Positions 1 through 10,426 of a stretch of DNA of 64,000 bases are shown here, one piece after another. The DNA lies in IMG/VR virus record IMGVR_UViG_3300033076_000838, positions 111,836 through 175,835 of that record. One strand, written 5' to 3'. A program made the translations under genes and the position numbers. Source of the DNA: a virus. Lineage: Duplodnaviria > Heunggongvirae > Uroviricota > Caudoviricetes. Under the pieces are notes generated by a model. The model was not told the origin of the DNA and made no database searches. It saw only the letters and a program-made list of their open reading frames with translations. How positions within the stretch are numbered: position 1 is the first letter of the stretch; the number at the start of each line of letters is the position of its first letter.

Positions 1-1
1 A

Positions 2-97
2 AAGTATGTAGAAACAAAAGATGTATCTGAATCAATTGAGTTTGCTAATAAAAACGCAACTCTTGTGGTTCAAAAACGTGGTGTTACAACTATATAG
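2..97 (+). CDS. 3' end of an upstream CDS (partial). The C-terminus ...ANKNATLVVQKRGVTTI resembles a PfkB-type sugar kinase C-terminus.
   Basis: Frame 2 is open from the window edge to TAG at 95-97; the start lies outside the window. Confidence 0.3.
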   Translation, partial: KYVETKDVSESIEFANKNATLVVQKRGVTTI

Positions 98-99
98 TT

Positions 100-714
100 A
101 TGAAATATAAATTAAATAGATTACCAATCATAACTGCAAGAACCGGTATTTGGATTAAACGTTATGATAGTGATAATTCAAATTTAATTGATTATAAATT
201 TAACGATTATGGTTATCGGGCATCATTTAATTACGAATCCCTTTTAGATACTGAAAAAATAGTATGTATTGGATGTTCGTTTACCGAAGGTGTTGGATTG
301 AATGAAAATGAAACTTGGCCATATCTCTTATCACAAAAAATAGGATTACCTTATTTGAATTTAGGTATTGCCGGTGGTTCGGATGGATATGTAATGTGGC
401 AAATAAAAAATGTATTAGAGAATATACAATCTAATAATATTTTTGTTTTATCACCACCATCTGGTAGATTTTTTGAATTAACGGATTTAGAATTTGAAAA
501 CACACAAAGTTGGGATGTGGAAACTCCAACAAAAAGTTATTCAAATTTTTATGATTTAAATGGATTTATTTTAAAATCGGTATGTGAACGATATAATATA
601 AAACATCTAAATTGTTTAGAATATGGTGATGAATGGGAACGTGCAAAAGATGGACAACATTTTGGAATAGATTATCAGAAAAAAATAGTAGAAGAATTTT
701 ATAAAACAATATAA
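100..714 (+). CDS. SGNH/GDSL-like hydrolase family protein
   Basis: ORF track. N-proximal GCSFTEG block resembles the GDSL catalytic Ser motif. Confidence 0.5.
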   Translation: MKYKLNRLPIITARTGIWIKRYDSDNSNLIDYKFNDYGYRASFNYESLLDTEKIVCIGCSFTEGVGLNENETWPYLLSQKIGLPYLNLGIAGGSDGYVMWQIKNVLENIQSNNIFVLSPPSGRFFELTDLEFENTQSWDVETPTKSYSNFYDLNGFILKSVCERYNIKHLNCLEYGDEWERAKDGQHFGIDYQKKIVEEFYKTI

Positions 715-717
715 GTT

Positions 718-1122
718 ATGTCAGAAAGAAAGTATTTACCAACCCTAGCGGAATTAGTGGATAGATTATCCATTTCACAATTAAAAGAGGTGTTTATTTC
801 AGAACACAAAGAAGAATATTCGCAAGAGATTTCGGATATTCTACATGATATTCAATTAATCATAGAAGAACAAGATGTAGTCCTAACGGCAGAAAGTATT
901 AGAGCAATCGTAGTACTTGCACAAATGAATTTACATATTTGGCATAATGAATCAAATGTTCGTAGTGGTAAAGAAGGACCGAATGCTCTTGCACTTACAC
1001 ATGGATTAAATGGTATTCGTAATACTGCAAAGAATAAAATCCAAGAGAAAGTTGGTGGTAGAAAGGATTATAAAATAGATTGTCTTGCAGCAGATTTCAA
1101 AGATTGGGAAATTAGTTGGTAA
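718..1122 (+). CDS. hypothetical protein
   Basis: ORF track; tightly packed + strand block. Confidence 0.45.
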   Translation: MSERKYLPTLAELVDRLSISQLKEVFISEHKEEYSQEISDILHDIQLIIEEQDVVLTAESIRAIVVLAQMNLHIWHNESNVRSGKEGPNALALTHGLNGIRNTAKNKIQEKVGGRKDYKIDCLAADFKDWEISW

Positions 1123-1123
1123 T

Positions 1124-1939
1124 ATGAATATATTAGTTTCGGGTTGTAGTTTTACAGGAGAAGATTGGGCATGGCCATCATATTTTGATTCCAAAAAACA
1201 CTATGTAGCTAATCTTGCACATCATGGTGCAGGTAATACATATATTCGTAGACAAATTCAAAAAGAACTCTTTTTCAAAGAACGTTTAAATAGAGATTTA
1301 GAATACGATTTTGTTATCGTGCAATGGAGTACAATAGATAGATGGGAATATCCATTCATCATCACATCAGAAACCGATAGTCCAATTATTAAATTTCAAA
1401 AACAAAATGGTGAAGATGTAATTGGTAAAGTTGCATATAATCGTAATGGAACATCATTAGAAGGTAAATGTAGTATTTTTTATGAAAATTTGTATTCAAA
1501 ATATGGACAATTGATAAATACATTAGATGATATTTATTACACACAATTGTTCTTAGAAAATTTAGGAATACCTTATATGATGTTTACTATTGCAAATTTC
1601 CTTACAACGGAAGTTTCATTTGATATGATTAAAAACATAAAAAATATTAAAGGTGATTTACAACAACAACGAACTAATAATTTAGAAATTGAAAGTATGT
1701 TGGAATTTTGTAAAACTACCGATACAATTGATATTTTAAAAAAACGTATAAATTGGGATAAATTTGTATGGACTAGTGATTTTAAAATCGATGGAATTGG
1801 TGATGGATTTACTGAATATTTAATTAACAAAGGTGAATCATTTAAACACAACGGAAATCATCCAGATGAAACACAACATTTGAATTTTTTTAATGATATA
1901 ATATATCCAAAATTTCAATCAAAAAAGAAATTGTTATGA
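1124..1939 (+). CDS. SGNH/GDSL-like hydrolase paralog (start trimmed to the ATG that follows the upstream stop)
   Basis: ORF 1085-1939 overlaps the upstream gene; the ATG at 1124 gives MNILVSGCSFTGE. Confidence 0.5.
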   Translation: MNILVSGCSFTGEDWAWPSYFDSKKHYVANLAHHGAGNTYIRRQIQKELFFKERLNRDLEYDFVIVQWSTIDRWEYPFIITSETDSPIIKFQKQNGEDVIGKVAYNRNGTSLEGKCSIFYENLYSKYGQLINTLDDIYYTQLFLENLGIPYMMFTIANFLTTEVSFDMIKNIKNIKGDLQQQRTNNLEIESMLEFCKTTDTIDILKKRINWDKFVWTSDFKIDGIGDGFTEYLINKGESFKHNGNHPDETQHLNFFNDIIYPKFQSKKKLL

Positions 1940-2307
1940 TATTAAAACCGGCAAAAATAGAAAAGACTTGGGGGTATGAATTATGGATTCATAATGATTC
2001 ACAATATTGTGGTAAATTATTAGTATTTCCAGAAATGGGTAATCATTTTTCAATGCATTATCATATGATTAAAAATGAAACTTGGTATATACAAAGTGGT
2101 AGTTTTGAATATCATTATATAGATACTGAAAATGCAAAAAAAGTTAAAAATATAATTAAAGAAGGTGATGTTGTTTATATTGAAAAGGGTAAACCACATC
2201 AGTTAATAGCATTAGAAGATAATTCGGTGGTATTTGAAGTATCAACCGAACATTTTGAAACCGATTCTTATAGAATATATAGAGATTCACATTACGATTT
2301 AAAATGA
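1936..2307 (+). CDS. cupin-fold protein (sugar isomerase or epimerase-like)
   Basis: ORF track; small His-rich beta-barrel-type sequence (HYHM...H); overlaps neighbours by ATGA. Confidence 0.4.
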   Translation: MILKPAKIEKTWGYELWIHNDSQYCGKLLVFPEMGNHFSMHYHMIKNETWYIQSGSFEYHYIDTENAKKVKNIIKEGDVVYIEKGKPHQLIALEDNSVVFEVSTEHFETDSYRIYRDSHYDLK

Positions 2308-2693
2308 CAAAAGTTTGGATAAATGGAACATTTGATGTCGTTCATTTGGGACATATTGAAATGTTAAAAAAAGGAGCAGATTTAGGTGATTTTTTAATTG
2401 TGGGGATTGATAGTGATAGAAGAGTGAGTGAACTAAAAGGTGAAACACGTCCAATAAATAAATTGGTAAGTAGAATGACACTTTTAGAATCCATACGATA
2501 TGTAGATAGAGTATTATCGTTTGATTCAGATAAAGAATTAGAAACTCTAATTAAAACCATAAGACCTCAAATTATGGTAATAGGTGAAGAATATAAAGAT
2601 AAACGAATTATAGGAAAAGAGTTTGTAGGTGAAATTGTGTATTTTCCTAAATTAGAAGGTTTTAGTTCAACCGATATAATAAGTAAACTATGA
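2304..2693 (+). CDS. cytidylyltransferase-like nucleotidyltransferase (TagD / RfaE domain II type)
   Basis: N-terminal INGTFDVVHLGHIEMLK carries the HxGH motif of the cytidylyltransferase family. Confidence 0.6.
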   Translation: MTKVWINGTFDVVHLGHIEMLKKGADLGDFLIVGIDSDRRVSELKGETRPINKLVSRMTLLESIRYVDRVLSFDSDKELETLIKTIRPQIMVIGEEYKDKRIIGKEFVGEIVYFPKLEGFSSTDIISKL

Positions 2694-3475
2694 TAAACAA
2701 AAAGTTTGAGTGGGAGAAAACCAAAACCGAAGGTTTCGGTAGAGTTGTTATAGATAATTTCTTAGATGAAGAAACTTGTATGCAACTTTATGAAGAATGT
2801 ATGAATGCTCCAAAAGGTGGATGGACAGTGTTTACCAGAGCAGGTTCGCGTATGGAAGAGTTTAATGACCTAATTTCACTACCAACTGCACATAGAGTTA
2901 CTTACGATATAATGCATTCAGGCGAATTCTTATATCAACTTGAAAATATGACAGGAATTGTAGGATTATTACCAGACCCACATTTAGTTGGTGCTGGATA
3001 TTCTATTTTAAGAAACGGAACTGTCCTTTCACCCCATTATGATTTCAATTGGAATGATAGAATTCGTTTACATAGAAAATTGACATCATTACTTTATATC
3101 ACACCAAATTGGAAAGAAGAGTGGGGTGGACATAATGTAATATGGAATGCAAATCCGGAGTTAGACCCATCTGCTAAGATAATCGAATCAACCGCACCAC
3201 TTTTCAATAGATTCGTTATAAATGAAAATGTACCAAAAGGACCAATACATTCGGTAAGTAAGGTAGAATGTCCAGATGATGTATATGGTAGATGTGCAAT
3301 TCGTTTTTTCTATTATGTTTCAACATCTGAACCTGATAAGGAAAATCCACCACATCGTAGTACATATTCATCAAATGAATATTCACATCATAAATTACAT
3401 GAGGAAGAAGAGTGGAATGGACATTTTGTAGGACAAGGTGGTGAAGATTATGGTTATAATCCTAAAAAGAAATAA
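2690..3475 (+). CDS. 2OG-Fe(II) oxygenase-like protein
   Basis: HYD ... GGH spacing resembles the HxD...H facial triad; weak. Confidence 0.4.
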   Translation: MINKKFEWEKTKTEGFGRVVIDNFLDEETCMQLYEECMNAPKGGWTVFTRAGSRMEEFNDLISLPTAHRVTYDIMHSGEFLYQLENMTGIVGLLPDPHLVGAGYSILRNGTVLSPHYDFNWNDRIRLHRKLTSLLYITPNWKEEWGGHNVIWNANPELDPSAKIIESTAPLFNRFVINENVPKGPIHSVSKVECPDDVYGRCAIRFFYYVSTSEPDKENPPHRSTYSSNEYSHHKLHEEEEWNGHFVGQGGEDYGYNPKKK

Positions 3476-4108
3476 ATGAAAGATTATATAATAAATGATA
3501 GTTGGGATTGGGTTACACATTTTGAAACCGAAATAGCACAATATTGTGGTTCAAAGTACGCAGTAGCATGTGATAGTAATTCAAATGCAATCCGATTGGT
3601 ATTACATTATTTAGGAATAGTAGGACAAGAGATTGGAATACCTGCAAGAACTTACGTTTCCGTACCCAACCAAATAATACTTTCAGGTAATAAACCAATA
3701 TTTGAAGATACGCAATGGGATGGTATGTATCAATTGGGTTACACAGGAATATATGATGCAGCAACTGCGTTTTATGAAAGAATGTATTACGATACTTTGG
3801 ATGAATCTTATATGATACTTTCATTTCATATTAAGAAAATCTTAAACATTGGCCAAGGTGGAATGATACTTACAAACGATGAAAGATTTAATGAGTGGGC
3901 AAGACCGATGATATACGATGGAAGACATAAATACAAATTGTATAAAGACGATGAGTTTGAATGTGTAGGTTGGCATATGTATATGTCACCCGAACAAGCA
4001 AAAAGAGGATTAGAGATTTTTCATTCACCAAAAATACAATCATTCAATCCACACTGCGGTGGTAGTTGGTTATATGATGATTTAAGTACTCAAAAAATAT
4101 ACCAATAA
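3476..4108 (+). CDS. DegT/DnrJ/EryC1-like PLP enzyme fragment (short)
   Basis: SFHIKKILNIGQGG resembles the PLP-Lys region of the DegT family; only 210 aa. Confidence 0.35.
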   Translation: MKDYIINDSWDWVTHFETEIAQYCGSKYAVACDSNSNAIRLVLHYLGIVGQEIGIPARTYVSVPNQIILSGNKPIFEDTQWDGMYQLGYTGIYDAATAFYERMYYDTLDESYMILSFHIKKILNIGQGGMILTNDERFNEWARPMIYDGRHKYKLYKDDEFECVGWHMYMSPEQAKRGLEIFHSPKIQSFNPHCGGSWLYDDLSTQKIYQ

Positions 4109-4830
4109 TGAAAGTATTATATTCTCATGGAGATTCGGTAGTATGGGGTGCGGAATTAGAAAATAAAGAAACCGAACGTTTTTCACATTATGTTGCTCAA
4201 CATTATGGTTGGATAGATTGTAATAACGCATCTGCAGGAGTATCAAACGATTATATATACAGACAAACACTTAGAGATGTTGCTCATTGGTTAGAACATA
4301 AAATAGTATGGAGTGAAGAAACCGGTTGGATTGAAGCAGATGAATTGGTTGTAGTTATTGGATGGACATCCCCTACAAGATTTGAATGGTGGACTGGTAA
4401 AGAATATCAACAAGAAAGGTTATGGGTAGGATACGATAAGTGGGGTGAGAATGATAAGGATAGAACAACGGAAGACAAATTCGTATTGAATCAGACAGAA
4501 GACATACCTTCTTATATTAGAACATATAATCACATTATATCCCTTGCGAGTTATTTAGATAAAAACAATATATCTTATTATTTTTTCAATACATTCTATG
4601 ATTATAAAAAACAATATGAACCAACAAATTTGATAGATAGATATGGTAAACCTAATTTTCAGTTAGGATTATCTGCTTTATGGAAACAATTACCAGATGA
4701 ATTTACATTTGGCAATATGTATGATTACATACGATTTATGGGTGAAGGATTTTTACCACGCAATCATCCCACAAAACAAGCACATAAAGAATGGAGTAAA
4801 TTTTTAATAGATGAACTTAAAGGATTATAA
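4108..4830 (+). CDS. SGNH-like hydrolase
   Basis: N-terminal YSHGDSVVWG resembles the GDSL block I. Confidence 0.45.
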   Translation: MKVLYSHGDSVVWGAELENKETERFSHYVAQHYGWIDCNNASAGVSNDYIYRQTLRDVAHWLEHKIVWSEETGWIEADELVVVIGWTSPTRFEWWTGKEYQQERLWVGYDKWGENDKDRTTEDKFVLNQTEDIPSYIRTYNHIISLASYLDKNNISYYFFNTFYDYKKQYEPTNLIDRYGKPNFQLGLSALWKQLPDEFTFGNMYDYIRFMGEGFLPRNHPTKQAHKEWSKFLIDELKGL

Positions 4831-6013
4831 ATTTATAGTTAGTTCTGGTTGTAGTTATGGAGTAATGATGCGAAGTTTATTTTTCAAAAACCCATACCTT
4901 AATTCAATATACACTAATTTTAATAATGATATTTTAAATTATAAAGTTGATAAAACTAAACTTATATTTTTAGGATTAAATTTACCAAGTCAATCATCAG
5001 AGTGGGCTTTTCATAGCGTTCAGTATGTAATAGATAAATTACTTAAAGAAGGAGTATCATCTGAAAACATATATTGTTTCGTAGAATGGACTCAATATGA
5101 TAGAATAACAAATACTAACGAAAATTTTATTGATATATCTAAATTAGAACAAATAAATTTAGTTCAAAATAATAGTAATGATATACCATATGATGTATTA
5201 AATCATCTTAATCTTACTTTTTTAAAAGATTTATCATGTATTGGTGTTATTAATAAATGTGCATACATAAATTCACAAAGTATAACATCGTCTGAAATTG
5301 AGAATGTTTTTGGAATATATGGTAAAATAATGTATGAGAAACACTTTGAAATACATAAAAAAACTACAAACATTTCATTCATAAAAAATTATCTAAATAA
5401 TATAATTTCCTTACAAAATTATTTAAAATCTTATGATATAAAATATAATTTTTGTAACATGCAATCAGAATTTGATGGTTGGGTAAGAAATGGGTTTGAA
5501 TATCAGCAAAAAATAAAATATGGAAGTAAATATCATAAATATTCTATAAATAGTAACGGTCAAATTCTTCAAAATTTGAATTATGAAAACGATAGATATG
5601 ATGGTATTCATATTACAACGGCATATCCACAAATAACACATTTATATAACCTAATTGATTTTTCAAATTGGTGGACTTATAATGAAGATGGTTATAAGTT
5701 TGGTGGTATTGATGAATATTTTTTATCTAAATACGATATATACGGATATTCAAACTTAATGCATTGGAAAGGTGGTGATATAAATCCATATGATATTGTC
5801 GGTGGATACAACTGGCATCCTACTGAAATTTTATATAGTTTATTACACAACACTGCATGTTTTAATAATTCATTTGTGAATGTTAAACAAGAATGGATAG
5901 ATTATTTAAATAAATTATTGAATGAAGATATTGAATTTGATGGTATTACTAAACACAAATTATCTTGTTCTAAAAATTATTATAAAAGTATTTTAAAATA
6001 TGATATTATCTGA
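4811..6013 (+). CDS. large SGNH-like protein, tandem paralog A
   Basis: KFIVSSGCSYG N-terminus; roughly 400 aa; paralogous to 6000-7193. Confidence 0.5.
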   Translation: MNLKDYKFIVSSGCSYGVMMRSLFFKNPYLNSIYTNFNNDILNYKVDKTKLIFLGLNLPSQSSEWAFHSVQYVIDKLLKEGVSSENIYCFVEWTQYDRITNTNENFIDISKLEQINLVQNNSNDIPYDVLNHLNLTFLKDLSCIGVINKCAYINSQSITSSEIENVFGIYGKIMYEKHFEIHKKTTNISFIKNYLNNIISLQNYLKSYDIKYNFCNMQSEFDGWVRNGFEYQQKIKYGSKYHKYSINSNGQILQNLNYENDRYDGIHITTAYPQITHLYNLIDFSNWWTYNEDGYKFGGIDEYFLSKYDIYGYSNLMHWKGGDINPYDIVGGYNWHPTEILYSLLHNTACFNNSFVNVKQEWIDYLNKLLNEDIEFDGITKHKLSCSKNYYKSILKYDII

Positions 6014-7193
6014 TTATAAATTTATAGTTGCAAGTGGGTGTAGTTATGGTACTACTCTTAATAGTTTAGATAGTAAATTAATAGACGTTAAATTAGAAAC
6101 TGATAATAAATTAATTTTTATTCAGGTAAATTGTGCAAGTCAAGGTGCAGATTGGGCGTATGATAGTACTATTTATACAATCGAAACATTATTAAAATTA
6201 GGAGTTAAATCTGAAAACATATATTGTTTCGTAGAATGGACAGAAATACAACGTATAACAATCAATCAACCAAATACATTACATAATTTCTTAAACGATA
6301 ATATTTCAAATTCAACTGCACATCATTTTTTTATTAAAGGAACGGATTCGAATATATTATCCTTTTTATATAACAAATTAAATATCAGGTCTTTAAATGA
6401 GGTTCATAATATAATGGCCATAGATGGTTTGTTTTATATAAATCCATTACATACCGACCCAAATGATATTTCAAAATTTAAAAATGTTGAGTTAGATTTC
6501 TATTACAATATTTGGTCGGATTATGAAATACAAATACCTATTGAAGTGAAAATAAAAAAATATTTAGATAATATTTTAAATTTACAACGATTTTTAACAC
6601 AATACGCAATCAACTATAATTTTGGTATGATGTATTCACAATTTAGTGGATGGGTTGAATTGGACGATAATATTATACACAAATATACAATTCACAAAAA
6701 TAAACCAGCAATAATTTTTGATAAATGTATTCATATAAACCCAAATTATAAAATAAATTTAAACATATCAGAATCGGATGATTTGATAAAAATATTTCCA
6801 CAATTTAAACATTTGGTTGATAAGATAAACTTTTCAAATTGGTGGTTTTATGAAAAAGGTGGGTATAGATATGGTGGAATAGATGAATATGCATTAGAAG
6901 AGTTTGGGATATATGGATATTTAACAACGGAATATGATGTTCGAAGCAATTTAAATAATATCGATGTATCACATATAAATCCATCATTTGGTTATCATCC
7001 TCATGAATTTATACATATTTTATTAACTAACGATATGATGTTTAACAATCCGTTTTTTAAAGTTAGTAGTGAAACTATAACTAAAATTAAAGAAATGGTT
7101 AATGAAGATGTTCAATCAAAAAATAAAACAAAACATAATTTAGCAGTATCCGAATTAGAATTTCAGAAATATAGTAAAATACAATACTTATAA
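6000..7193 (+). CDS. large SGNH-like protein, tandem paralog B
   Basis: KFIVASGCSYG; shares the SENIYCFVEWT and FSNWW blocks with paralog A. Confidence 0.5.
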   Translation: MILSDYKFIVASGCSYGTTLNSLDSKLIDVKLETDNKLIFIQVNCASQGADWAYDSTIYTIETLLKLGVKSENIYCFVEWTEIQRITINQPNTLHNFLNDNISNSTAHHFFIKGTDSNILSFLYNKLNIRSLNEVHNIMAIDGLFYINPLHTDPNDISKFKNVELDFYYNIWSDYEIQIPIEVKIKKYLDNILNLQRFLTQYAINYNFGMMYSQFSGWVELDDNIIHKYTIHKNKPAIIFDKCIHINPNYKINLNISESDDLIKIFPQFKHLVDKINFSNWWFYEKGGYRYGGIDEYALEEFGIYGYLTTEYDVRSNLNNIDVSHINPSFGYHPHEFIHILLTNDMMFNNPFFKVSSETITKIKEMVNEDVQSKNKTKHNLAVSELEFQKYSKIQYL

Positions 7194-7204
7194 AAAACAG
7201 GTAT

Positions 7205-8203
7205 ATGTCAATAGATTACAATTTAAAACTAAAAAACTTAGCGTGGAATTTTATTATCTATAAAATAGGTGAAAATTACTGGCTCACCAATCCCAAAATA
7301 GGTTCAAGATTTTTAACAAACTTTAGTCAGATTGATGGTAATTCCACACACTATTCGTTTGTAGTTTACCCATATACCACAATTTCAAATACAAATATTT
7401 CATTTGATTCATTACATGATACTTTTACCGATATTGCTTCAGATACTTTAATAGCGGGTAAGTTTAATAATTGGAAATTAAAAGGCGTTGATAATAAAAA
7501 TGAACCTATGACTTCCGAAAGTATCAAATCCATTTTAACCAATATATCACATGTTATAATACGGAATCCAATAGATAGATTAAAAAGTGGTATTATTCAA
7601 CTATTCGTAGAGTGGTTTTTTGAGACGAGAAAATATTTTCTAAAGAATGAATCTTGGCAACATGTAAATTTATTTGATGATTATACTAAACAAAATGATT
7701 ACGATATAAATTGGGAGTTATTTTATAATTTATTTGATGATGATTCATTAAACAAAATGAATTTAAATTTAGATATTGTCAATAGAAATTCTGCAAAAAT
7801 AAAATCAAATTGGAACGCGGAGTGGAATAAATTTTCACAATCATTTTTAAATGATGCAATTAAAACTAAATTTTTTGAATATAATATAGATTCAAACGTG
7901 CATACTCAATCTTTTTTATATAATCAATATCATTTTTTACACGATTTAGAATTGTATAATAAAATAAAAATATTAGATTTATCGGAATTAGATAATCATA
8001 AAAATTTATTACTACAAACCCATCCAAATAAACAAAACTTAATAAATCATTTCAATAGTCCTACTATAAAGGAAACAAACGATGTATTCAAGAATATAAA
8101 TTGGGGTGAAATATATAAATGGATTGAAAATTCAAAAATATATACACAAGAATTACATACTTATTTTTCTATGTTAGAATATTCAACTACTACTAAAAAT
8201 TAA
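7205..8203 (+). CDS. hypothetical protein, tandem paralog A (possible sulfotransferase-like fold)
   Basis: YWLTNPKIGSRF and IRNPIDRLKSG blocks resemble sulfotransferase PAPS-binding motifs; weak. Confidence 0.4.
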   Translation: MSIDYNLKLKNLAWNFIIYKIGENYWLTNPKIGSRFLTNFSQIDGNSTHYSFVVYPYTTISNTNISFDSLHDTFTDIASDTLIAGKFNNWKLKGVDNKNEPMTSESIKSILTNISHVIIRNPIDRLKSGIIQLFVEWFFETRKYFLKNESWQHVNLFDDYTKQNDYDINWELFYNLFDDDSLNKMNLNLDIVNRNSAKIKSNWNAEWNKFSQSFLNDAIKTKFFEYNIDSNVHTQSFLYNQYHFLHDLELYNKIKILDLSELDNHKNLLLQTHPNKQNLINHFNSPTIKETNDVFKNINWGEIYKWIENSKIYTQELHTYFSMLEYSTTTKN

Positions 8204-8210
8204 TTATCAT

Positions 8211-9188
8211 ATGACACAAAATATTTTAAATGGTTATCAATTAATGTTTGATTATACTTTAATACCGATTGGTAGTAGGTATTGGATTACTAATGCAAAG
8301 GTAGGTAGTAGATATTTGACACAATACCAAACGAAGGAAGAAGACACATTAAAAATAAAAATAATAATTTGCACTTCGGATGATGAAGAAACCACACCGG
8401 ATTCTATGATATACGATGTTAATGGGGTTAGATGTAAAATACAAATTAGTATGGGTACATATAATGAACCATATTTAAATTTAACACCTGTAAAGTTTAA
8501 AAATATTATGGATAGATGTTCAGTTTGGCTTATAAGAAATCCATTCGAACGTTTTAAATCGGGAGCAATTCAAAAAATTACTGAATTTTATTTAGATATG
8601 CGTGATGTTTATATGAATAATAGAGGCGAATGGGAATCCGTATTATTTACACCGAATAGAGCAATGCATAGAGAATATCCATTAGATTGGTCATTTTTCT
8701 TCGAGCGATTTCCTGATTTAGTTGATAATTCAGCCGAACAAAATAAAAAATGGTTTGAAACTTGGAAACGTTTTGCAGAGTATCTATTTTTAGATATAAG
8801 TAGATATGCAGATGTAAGCCAAATATTATCCGGTGATGTCCATACACAACCTTATTTATATCATTTGAACTTATTATTTACACAATTGGGTATATTAAAT
8901 AAATTGACTATTTTGGATATATCAGAATTGGATTCTCGAGATGACTTATTTATAACCGAAATTGGTAAAGTAAAATTTAATGAAATTAATTCAGAATTAA
9001 TAAAAGATTATAAGATAGATACAAAGGGTAATACTCGCACGGATACCGAATTTAAACATTTTATAAATGAATCATTAGTACAATATAAAGATGTAAATTA
9101 TACATCATTAGAACGTTATTTCAAAATATCAGATATATATCGATGGGAAATGGTAATGTATTTAATGCTACTTAATTCTAATAAATAA
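8211..9188 (+). CDS. hypothetical protein, tandem paralog B
   Basis: YWITNAKVGSRY and IRNPFERFKSG; paralog of 7205-8203. Confidence 0.4.
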   Translation: MTQNILNGYQLMFDYTLIPIGSRYWITNAKVGSRYLTQYQTKEEDTLKIKIIICTSDDEETTPDSMIYDVNGVRCKIQISMGTYNEPYLNLTPVKFKNIMDRCSVWLIRNPFERFKSGAIQKITEFYLDMRDVYMNNRGEWESVLFTPNRAMHREYPLDWSFFFERFPDLVDNSAEQNKKWFETWKRFAEYLFLDISRYADVSQILSGDVHTQPYLYHLNLLFTQLGILNKLTILDISELDSRDDLFITEIGKVKFNEINSELIKDYKIDTKGNTRTDTEFKHFINESLVQYKDVNYTSLERYFKISDIYRWEMVMYLMLLNSNK

Positions 9189-9309
9189 TCTTATGAAAAA
9201 ACTATTGATTAAAATACTATATACAATATGGATACGATTAGCAAACAAAAATCGTTTACCAAAAGTATGCGAACGATTAAATTTGTGGATAAACAAATTA
9301 GAAAAATAG

Positions 9310-9495
9310 ATGAGTAAGAATAGAATAAAAGGAATCTATGTAGAAGTAGAAACCGATGAGAATAAAGTAGAACAAATCCATATCAAAGAATTGGATAGGG
9401 AAGACTACGAACAATTTTTAGAAATGATGCATGGATTAAGGTTAGCATACATAACCTCAATGCGTAAAATAGATAATGGAGATGAGCGAGATTAA
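9310..9495 (+). CDS. small hypothetical protein
   Basis: ORF track. Confidence 0.35.
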   Translation: MSKNRIKGIYVEVETDENKVEQIHIKELDREDYEQFLEMMHGLRLAYITSMRKIDNGDERD

Positions 9496-9664
9496 TAGAG
9501 AAGAACATTTAATCAAAACGTTTCCATTAGAAGATGGAACGACATATATTCAATCATTAGATAAATTTAATCAAGTAGAAGATAGTTTGTGTCCTAAATG
9601 TCAATCAATAATACGTGATATGGATAAATTATGTTGGAAATGTTTAATAGAATCAAATAAATAA
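9476..9664 (+). CDS. small hypothetical protein (CxxC...CxxC)
   Basis: ORF track; CPKC...CWKC zinc-ribbon-like. Confidence 0.35.
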   Translation: MEMSEINREEHLIKTFPLEDGTTYIQSLDKFNQVEDSLCPKCQSIIRDMDKLCWKCLIESNK

Positions 9665-9670
9665 TAAGTT

Positions 9671-9862
9671 ATGAATAAAGAAAACATTAAAATTCCGCGT
9701 AGATATGAAAGAGAAATCAACGCATTAGGAGTGCAAATTTCTGGGTTGCGTAGTGAAAATGAAACTTTACAATATCAAATCGATAAGAATACAAAAATAA
9801 TCGAACAATTAGAACACCAAGTGGAATCAATCTACAATACTATTAAGAAAGAAGAAAACTAA
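9671..9862 (+). CDS. small coiled-coil protein
   Basis: ORF track. Confidence 0.35.
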   Translation: MNKENIKIPRRYEREINALGVQISGLRSENETLQYQIDKNTKIIEQLEHQVESIYNTIKKEEN

Positions 9863-10008
9863 TGCCTAAGATATCGTGGGATGAAATCGAACGAGAGAAT
9901 CGAACCCAAACGAAACCCAAAAAGAAAGTAACAAAATTAAAAACCGAAGAACCCAAAGACAAGAAGAGAGATAGTTGGATAGGGATAAACAAAAAACAAC
10001 GATGGTAA
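9862..10008 (+). CDS. small basic protein (48 aa)
   Basis: The ATG overlaps the upstream stop (TAATG); fills a gap; below the ORF-track cutoff. Confidence 0.25.
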   Translation: MPKISWDEIERENRTQTKPKKKVTKLKTEEPKDKKRDSWIGINKKQRW

Positions 10009-10009
10009 T

Positions 10010-10231
10010 ATGTACGAAGTCAAAATAAGATATAACACCAATGCAGTTAATTCAGATGACTTACATTGGCGAGTTATAATAGATGGAGTAGAACACCTAG
10101 CAAGAGAAGTAAATATAAACACACCTACACACACTACCAAAGACTTCATTAAGGAAGTTGGTGAGAAATGGCATATCACAACGAAATGCAAGAGTATCGT
10201 TTGGAAGGGGGATGTATGTATAATCAATTAA
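10010..10231 (+). CDS. hypothetical protein
   Basis: ORF track. Confidence 0.35.
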   Translation: MYEVKIRYNTNAVNSDDLHWRVIIDGVEHLAREVNINTPTHTTKDFIKEVGEKWHITTKCKSIVWKGDVCIIN

Positions 10232-10234
10232 GAT

Positions 10235-10426
10235 ATGAGAAAATTTTTTAGAAGTCAAACCGATAAGAAAATATTCGGAGTTTGTTCTGGTCTAGCAAGA
10301 TATACCAACACCGATGTTGCTTTATGGAGAATCGGTTTCTTAGTAGGTATATTCACACCACTACCGGTAATTATATTTTATTTAGTTACAACGATAGCAT
10401 CGGATGGAATAGAGTATTTAGATTAA
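10235..10426 (+). CDS. PspC-domain small membrane protein
   Basis: KKIFGVCSGLARYTNTDVALWRIGFLVGIF matches the PspC domain consensus, followed by a TM segment. Confidence 0.55.
   Translation: MRKFFRSQTDKKIFGVCSGLARYTNTDVALWRIGFLVGIFTPLPVIIFYLVTTIASDGIEYLD

Noticed and set aside
1573-1851. Numerous minus-strand ORFs of 60-100 aa throughout, for example 1006-1194, 1573-1851, 2299-2481, 3513-3824, 10899-11162, 19187-19658, 28622-28882, 32486-33154, 44892-45153 and 55445-55813
   Set aside because: Each is fully embedded antisense within a longer, better-supported + strand gene. Their low-complexity A/T-codon composition is typical of antisense artefacts in AT-rich genomes.
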